From Octopus sinensis (Eukaryota): a DNA stretch of 12,985 nucleotides. The DNA lies in contig NW_021826395.1 of the NCBI RefSeq assembly GCF_006345805.1, positions 1 to 12,985 on the forward strand, written 5' to 3'. The number at the start of each line of letters is the position of its first letter. Position 1 is the first letter of the stretch. A model generated the notes under the pieces. That model worked only from the letters and a program-made list of their open reading frames with translations. It made no database searches and was not told where the DNA came from. This document shows positions 8,853-12,985 of the stretch, piece after piece. The position numbers and the translations under genes are program-made.

Positions 8853-8969
8853 AAATTTAACAAAAACGCAAGCAGAAAATTTTACAAAGGTATAACAAAT
8901 AGAAAATTCGTAGCTTATCACTCATCAGTCAAAGTCCAAAAGATCATTACAATTTCGCGCCTTTAACGT

Positions 8970-9242
8970 TATACATATATATGTGTATGTGTGTGTGTGT
9001 GTGGTGAAGTGCGTGTATGTGTGTGTGCACGCGCGTGTGTGTGTGTATTATGTATGTATGTATGTATGTATTTATGTATGTATGCATGTATATATGTTCG
9101 TTTAAGGATTTGTGTATGTGAAATTCAGAGTGAGAAACCAAGAGCATTCAGTTTCTAATAAAATACAAATATTTGCGCGTGCGCGTGTCCATATGTCCGT
9201 GTGTGTGTGTGTGTTTATGTGTGTACATAAGTGTGTGTGCAT
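8970..9242. repeat. Two (GT)n/(TATG)n-rich tracts (8970-9095 and 9175-9242)
   Basis: Directly visible GT, GCGT and TATG units, separated by ~80 bp of unique sequence. Confidence 0.88.
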
Positions 9243-9540
9243 ATCTTGTGATGCTGTACAATTGATGAACGAAGTATGCAGCTAAGAGTAAACCATCAGC
9301 GTTTCGAACAAAGTACATTTTCATGTTTTTTCTGGCCATATCCCAATGTTGCTCCCTTTGTCATTAACACTATCATAAATACAGGAAATTATTATTAGCC
9401 TCTTGATCATTTATTACCAATGGTAGTAATTTCCAGAAAAAATATTTTTAAAAAATACAGTAATAATAAAGACAAATATGTAAAAGTTTCGTTTTGGGAT
9501 TTGGTTTGCAAGATTCTTTATGTGAGTTCGTGTGTTGAAG

Positions 9541-9827
9541 CATATTTTGTTGTGTCCGAGGAGAGTCATTCTCTTTTTGTGCCTTATAATTTAACACACT
9601 CACCGGTAAAACTTCCACTTATTTCTTCTCTATTTTATTTTCCTAAAATTTACGTTGCGTCTTGCAACCTTTTCAATAGTTTTGACTATTGAAAACTGTT
9701 GAAAAGGTTGCAAGACGAAACGAAAATTTTAGAAAAATAAAAAAGAAATAAGTGGAAATTTTACTGGTGAGTGTTAAATTATAAGGTACCAAAAGAGAAT
9801 GACTCTCCCCAGACACAACAAAATATG
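9541..9827. mobile_element. Long palindromic element (MITE/foldback-like)
   Basis: The left arm 9541-9683 (CATATTTTGTTGTGTCCGAGGAGAGTCATTCTC...CTTGCAACCTTTTCAATAGTTTT) is the reverse complement of the right arm 9692-9827 (AAAACTGTTGAAAAGGTTGCAAG...GAGAATGACTCTCCCCAGACACAACAAAATATG), with scattered substitutions and small indels. The spacer is 8 bp. No coding capacity and no clear TSD. Confidence 0.8.
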
Positions 9828-10214
9828 TAAAAATGTTTTATATTTAACGCAAGATGAAAGAGGTTTCAAAATTTATTGCTGTTTATGTGGTTGCTTTGGG
9901 CAGAACTAGGTTCAAATCTGGTTGGATCATCTTGTTGTCATTTGTTTTGATATATATATGTGTGGATATAGATTCTTATGACTATATAATCCAGTATAAC
10001 CTTTCCTTATTTAACACAATAGTGTATGATTTGGGGTAAACTTGGTTGTCTTTTCTTGCAGATTGTGTGACATTCTAGAGTTTCATCCGTTTCTTATATT
10101 TTCTTTTCAAAAATTAAGACTATATGGTAGAGATATATTTGAGGGTGTTTAGGCTGTTATTTGCAACATGTCGCATAGCCGGGCATCTATATCTTCATTA
10201 GTTCGTGTGATGTT

Positions 10215-10307
10215 AACATATATATATACATATAATATATTATATATATATTATATATATATATATATAATATATATAATATATATATATATATATTATA
10301 TATATAT
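10215..10307. repeat. Imperfect (TA)n
   Basis: Directly visible; forms the left flank of the hammerhead-like unit. Confidence 0.93.
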
Positions 10308-10327
10308 CCCTGTATATTTCTGTGTTC

Positions 10328-10363
10328 CTTTCTGTCGAAGAGCGTAGGCTCGAAACATAAAAG
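10328..10363 (+). ncRNA. Minimal type I hammerhead-ribozyme-like motif (variant core, probably inactivated), Penelope-terminal-like
   Basis: Layout: CTTT (stem I 5') - CTGTCGA (core; consensus CUGANGA) - A - GAGC/GTAG/GCTC (stem II hairpin) - GAAAC - ATA (NUH position) - AAAG (stem I 3'). Deviations are U at core position A6 and A at 16.2 where G is needed to pair with C15.2. Confidence 0.45.
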
Positions 10364-10451
10364 ACTTCCCGAGCGTTAACCTAATACGACTGCTTCTTGT
10401 TTACACACACGTCTTCGTCTTCTGTTTTTGTTGTAAATTCTCACTGTATAG

Positions 10452-10474
10452 TATACACACATATACATACATAA

Positions 10475-10508
<34 letters not shown>

Positions 10509-10745
10509 ACATATATATATATATATATATAATATATATATTATCATATACATATAGAGAGATATAGAGATATAGATAGATATCATACGCTGGATTCATA
10601 AACAGTCATTTTCGCTTTTACTATCTATCTATCATTCTATCTATCTATCTATCTATCTATCTCTATCTATCTATCTATCTATCTATCTATATATTATATA
10701 GATATATATATATATATATATATACAATATATAAGACTAATATAT
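10452..10745. repeat. Compound (CA)n, (TA)n, (GATATA)n, (TATC)n microsatellites
   Basis: CA at ~10478-10510, TA at ~10511-10545, GAGATATA at ~10555-10583, CTAT at ~10620-10690 and TA to ~10745. Confidence 0.92.
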
Positions 10746-11140
10746 ACGTATTGGATTTATTTTGAGAGAGAATTTGTTGTTATCTCTAGTAGGTTATGTG
10801 GCCTCGTGCAAATTCCCTTCAATGACACGTAATCGGATATCTCTTGTGTCGTGTCATCAATCAATTCTTAATACTGGAGCAATCATGTCTGAAAAAGCAC
10901 AAAAACCAAAAAAAAAAAAAAAAAAAAAATACAGAAAGAAAGAAAAAAAATTAAAAACTGAACATTTAAACAGGAACGTTCTGTGCTGCCGTCGTAAAAA
11001 GCATTCCATTGATTAGGCAAACATAGCTTTCTAGTTTTATCCCTTTGTTTTCTGAAATGTTGTCTTTTATTCCCTCTTGATATTTAATCCATATTAGCAT
11101 TAACTAACATTTCCTGGGAGACAGAAAAAAAGAGAGAGAG

Positions 11141-11166
11141 AACGAACGAACGAACGAACGAACGAA
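11141..11166. repeat. (AACG)n tetranucleotide repeat
   Basis: About 6.5 perfect AACG units after an (AG)n run. Confidence 0.9.
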
Positions 11167-11897
11167 AGAGAGCGATTAGAGGCAGGCGGGCGGTTGGGTT
11201 TGGATGAGAGCGGATAAGGGGGGAAAGGAGTTAAAAATAATTATTTTAAATAAGCCCTATATAATTTTCTTTCTTCCTTGCTTTCTTTATTTCCCCACCT
11301 CCCTTTTTTTTTCTTCCTTTCTTTTTTTTTTTTTTTTTTTTTGGAAACTATCACAAGCTGTTACAGATATATCGTTCACATCTTTATCTCTCCTTTAATG
11401 TGTAAATCGTATTCCAGCTTGACAGAAATTCGAGTTTTCATTACAATGCCACTCTCATATTTCCACAAGTGTTTGTGACACATGCTTTAAACATAGGTCT
11501 TGTTTCTCTTTTGTCCAATGTTTTTCAATAATGTATTATCATTATAATTATCATTATCATTCTCTGTTTGTTTGATTGGTCGTGAGTAAACTCTAATCTT
11601 AGTATTAAACGCTTCAAATTATCGTTAAGTATTAAGCAAGACTTCTTTATATTTCAGTAATGAAAGAGTTGGACGGTGTCTGGTTAAAGTAGGCATTAAA
11701 CTGACGTTCATAGAATGTTTAATGTCGACAAGAATAACGATGGTTTTTAATGTCATATTCAGGATTCATACTAAATAATATCCTGGTACGTTTCTGAAGA
11801 GCTTAGCTTAGCTTATCGACATCCAACAGAAGACATAATGATAGGATAATTAGAATGAGATTTTTGTATCCGAAACTAAATATACGGCTTCAAAATA

Positions 11898-11939
11898 ATG
11901 ATTGAGGACGATGATGACGATGACGACGACGACGACGAC

Positions 11940-12000
<61 letters not shown>

Positions 12001-12014
12001 ATTGTAGTAGTACT

Positions 12015-12072
<58 letters not shown>

Positions 12073-12089
12073 CACTAGTACTAGTATTA
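11898..12089. repeat. (GAT/GAC)n then (TAG)n trinucleotide array upstream of SINE B
   Basis: GAC/GAT at 11904-11998 and GTA/TAG at ~12004-12068. Confidence 0.95.
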
Positions 12090-12090
12090 G

Positions 12091-12323
12091 GGCGGCGAGC
12101 TGGCAGAATCGTTAGCACGCCGGGCGAAATGCGTAGCCGTATTTCGTGTGCCGTTACATTCTGAGTTCAAATTCCGCCGAGGTTGACTTTGTATTTCATC
12201 CTTTCGGGGTCGATAAATTAAGTACCAGTTACGCACTGGGGGTCGATGTAATCGACTTAATCCGTTTGTCTGTCCTTGTTTGTCCCCTCTATGTTTAGCC
12301 CCTTGTGGGTAGTAAAGAAATAA
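12091..12323 (+). mobile_element. tRNA-derived SINE, family B
   Basis: GC-rich head GGCGGCGAGCTGGCAGAATCGTTAG with A-box-like TGGCAGAATCG (12101-12111) and B-box-like GAGTTCAAATTCC (12163-12175). The central part TTTCATCCTTTCGGGGTCGATAAATTAAGTACCAG is followed by a core shared with family A. It ends in AAAGAAATAAG and then (TAG)n. Only one copy is in the window, so its dispersed nature is inferred. Confidence 0.82.
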
Positions 12324-12610
12324 GTAGTAGTAGTAGTAGTAATGATGATGATGATGATAAGAAGAATAAGAAAAAGATTCGTCCTATCACTATCATCATC
12401 ATCGTCGTCGTCGGCGGTGATGTCGACGATGTTATCGTCGTAATCCTCGACATCGTCGTAGCCATCTTCATCATCGCCATTCTCCTCCCTATCATCATCA
12501 CCACCAGCATCATCATACGCATCATTACCACCAGCGCCATATCAATAATCATCATCATCGTCATCATCATCGTCATCATCATCATCGTCGGAAGCATGAG
12601 GATGAGGTTC
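12324..12610. repeat. (TAG)n, (GAT)n and degenerate (ATC/GTC)n array downstream of SINE B
   Basis: TAG at 12324-12340, GAT at ~12343-12358 and decayed ATC/GTC at ~12385-12590. Confidence 0.92.
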
Positions 12611-12985
12611 TTCCTGATATCTTGGATATGGCTATTCGCGGCCATCCCTTAAGCTTGAACCATCAAATCAGTATAAAGCAGTGTTTGATGTGTAAGAATT
12701 TGACTTTTAACTTGATAATATAAGCATAGGAGATCGCATGTACCATCATTGTCTTAGGAGCCAACTGGGACATCAAATTGGTGGTCTGGTTCAAGACTAT
12801 TAAAAACGTTTCCGGATAGATTAAACGAAATCGGTCTTGTGGTCTTCTTTCCCTCGATAACGAGACCATTGATGGCCAGAGCCAGTCAGCTTGTTAGTGT
12901 ACGAGGATGTACCGACAAGTAACCGGAAACGTTCTCTGTGGAACAAGCCCATTGTAGTTCAGGCTTCCGCAGTTAGAAGCCAGTT

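Noticed and set aside
9885-9925. B-box-like GGTTCAAATCT as another SINE head
   Set aside because: No convincing A box and no homology to either SINE family downstream.
10884-11016. Lys-rich peptide MSEKAQKPKKKK... resembling an NLS-bearing protein or retrocopy
   Set aside because: The lysines come from a poly(A) run. No recognisable domain or TSD.
11794-11825. CTGAAGAGCTTAGCTTAGCTTATCGACA as a third hammerhead
   Set aside because: There is no GAAA after a closed stem II and no stem III or stem I. It is a short AGCTT tandem.
12805-12933. 11-bp inverted repeat AACGTTTCCGG / CCGGAAACGTT
   Set aside because: It does not extend inward or outward and is compatible with chance.
1-12985. CRISPR array or prokaryotic system
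   Set aside because: There are no constant-length repeats with unique spacers and no cas-like or other credible ORFs. The sequence is eukaryotic repeat-rich DNA.

Overview
AT-rich, microsatellite-saturated eukaryotic non-coding DNA (intronic or intergenic). No protein-coding gene can be supported: almost every ORF in the track is a translation of TA, CA, GATA, TTC or ATC repeats. The repeat landscape and the SINE sequences resemble octopus (cephalopod) genomic DNA. That attribution is from my recall and was not searched. The window contains: (1) three near-complete copies of one tRNA-headed SINE family (family A: 26-431 minus, 1249-1654 plus, 2956-3530 minus) plus an old head relic (~2560-2705 minus); (2) one copy of a second tRNA-headed SINE (family B, 12091-12323 plus) that shares a ~55-bp core and a conserved GTCGA..TCGAC hairpin with family A; (3) a ~287-bp near-perfect palindrome resembling a MITE or foldback element (9541-9827); (4) a degenerate ~183-bp tandem repeat (1791-2300) whose first unit has a deletion with a templated insertion; (5) two type I hammerhead-ribozyme-like motifs (10328-10363 and 2429-2502), each with a defined defect; (6) a compact GC-rich structured island with a possible pseudoknot (494-574); and (7) many long compound microsatellites.
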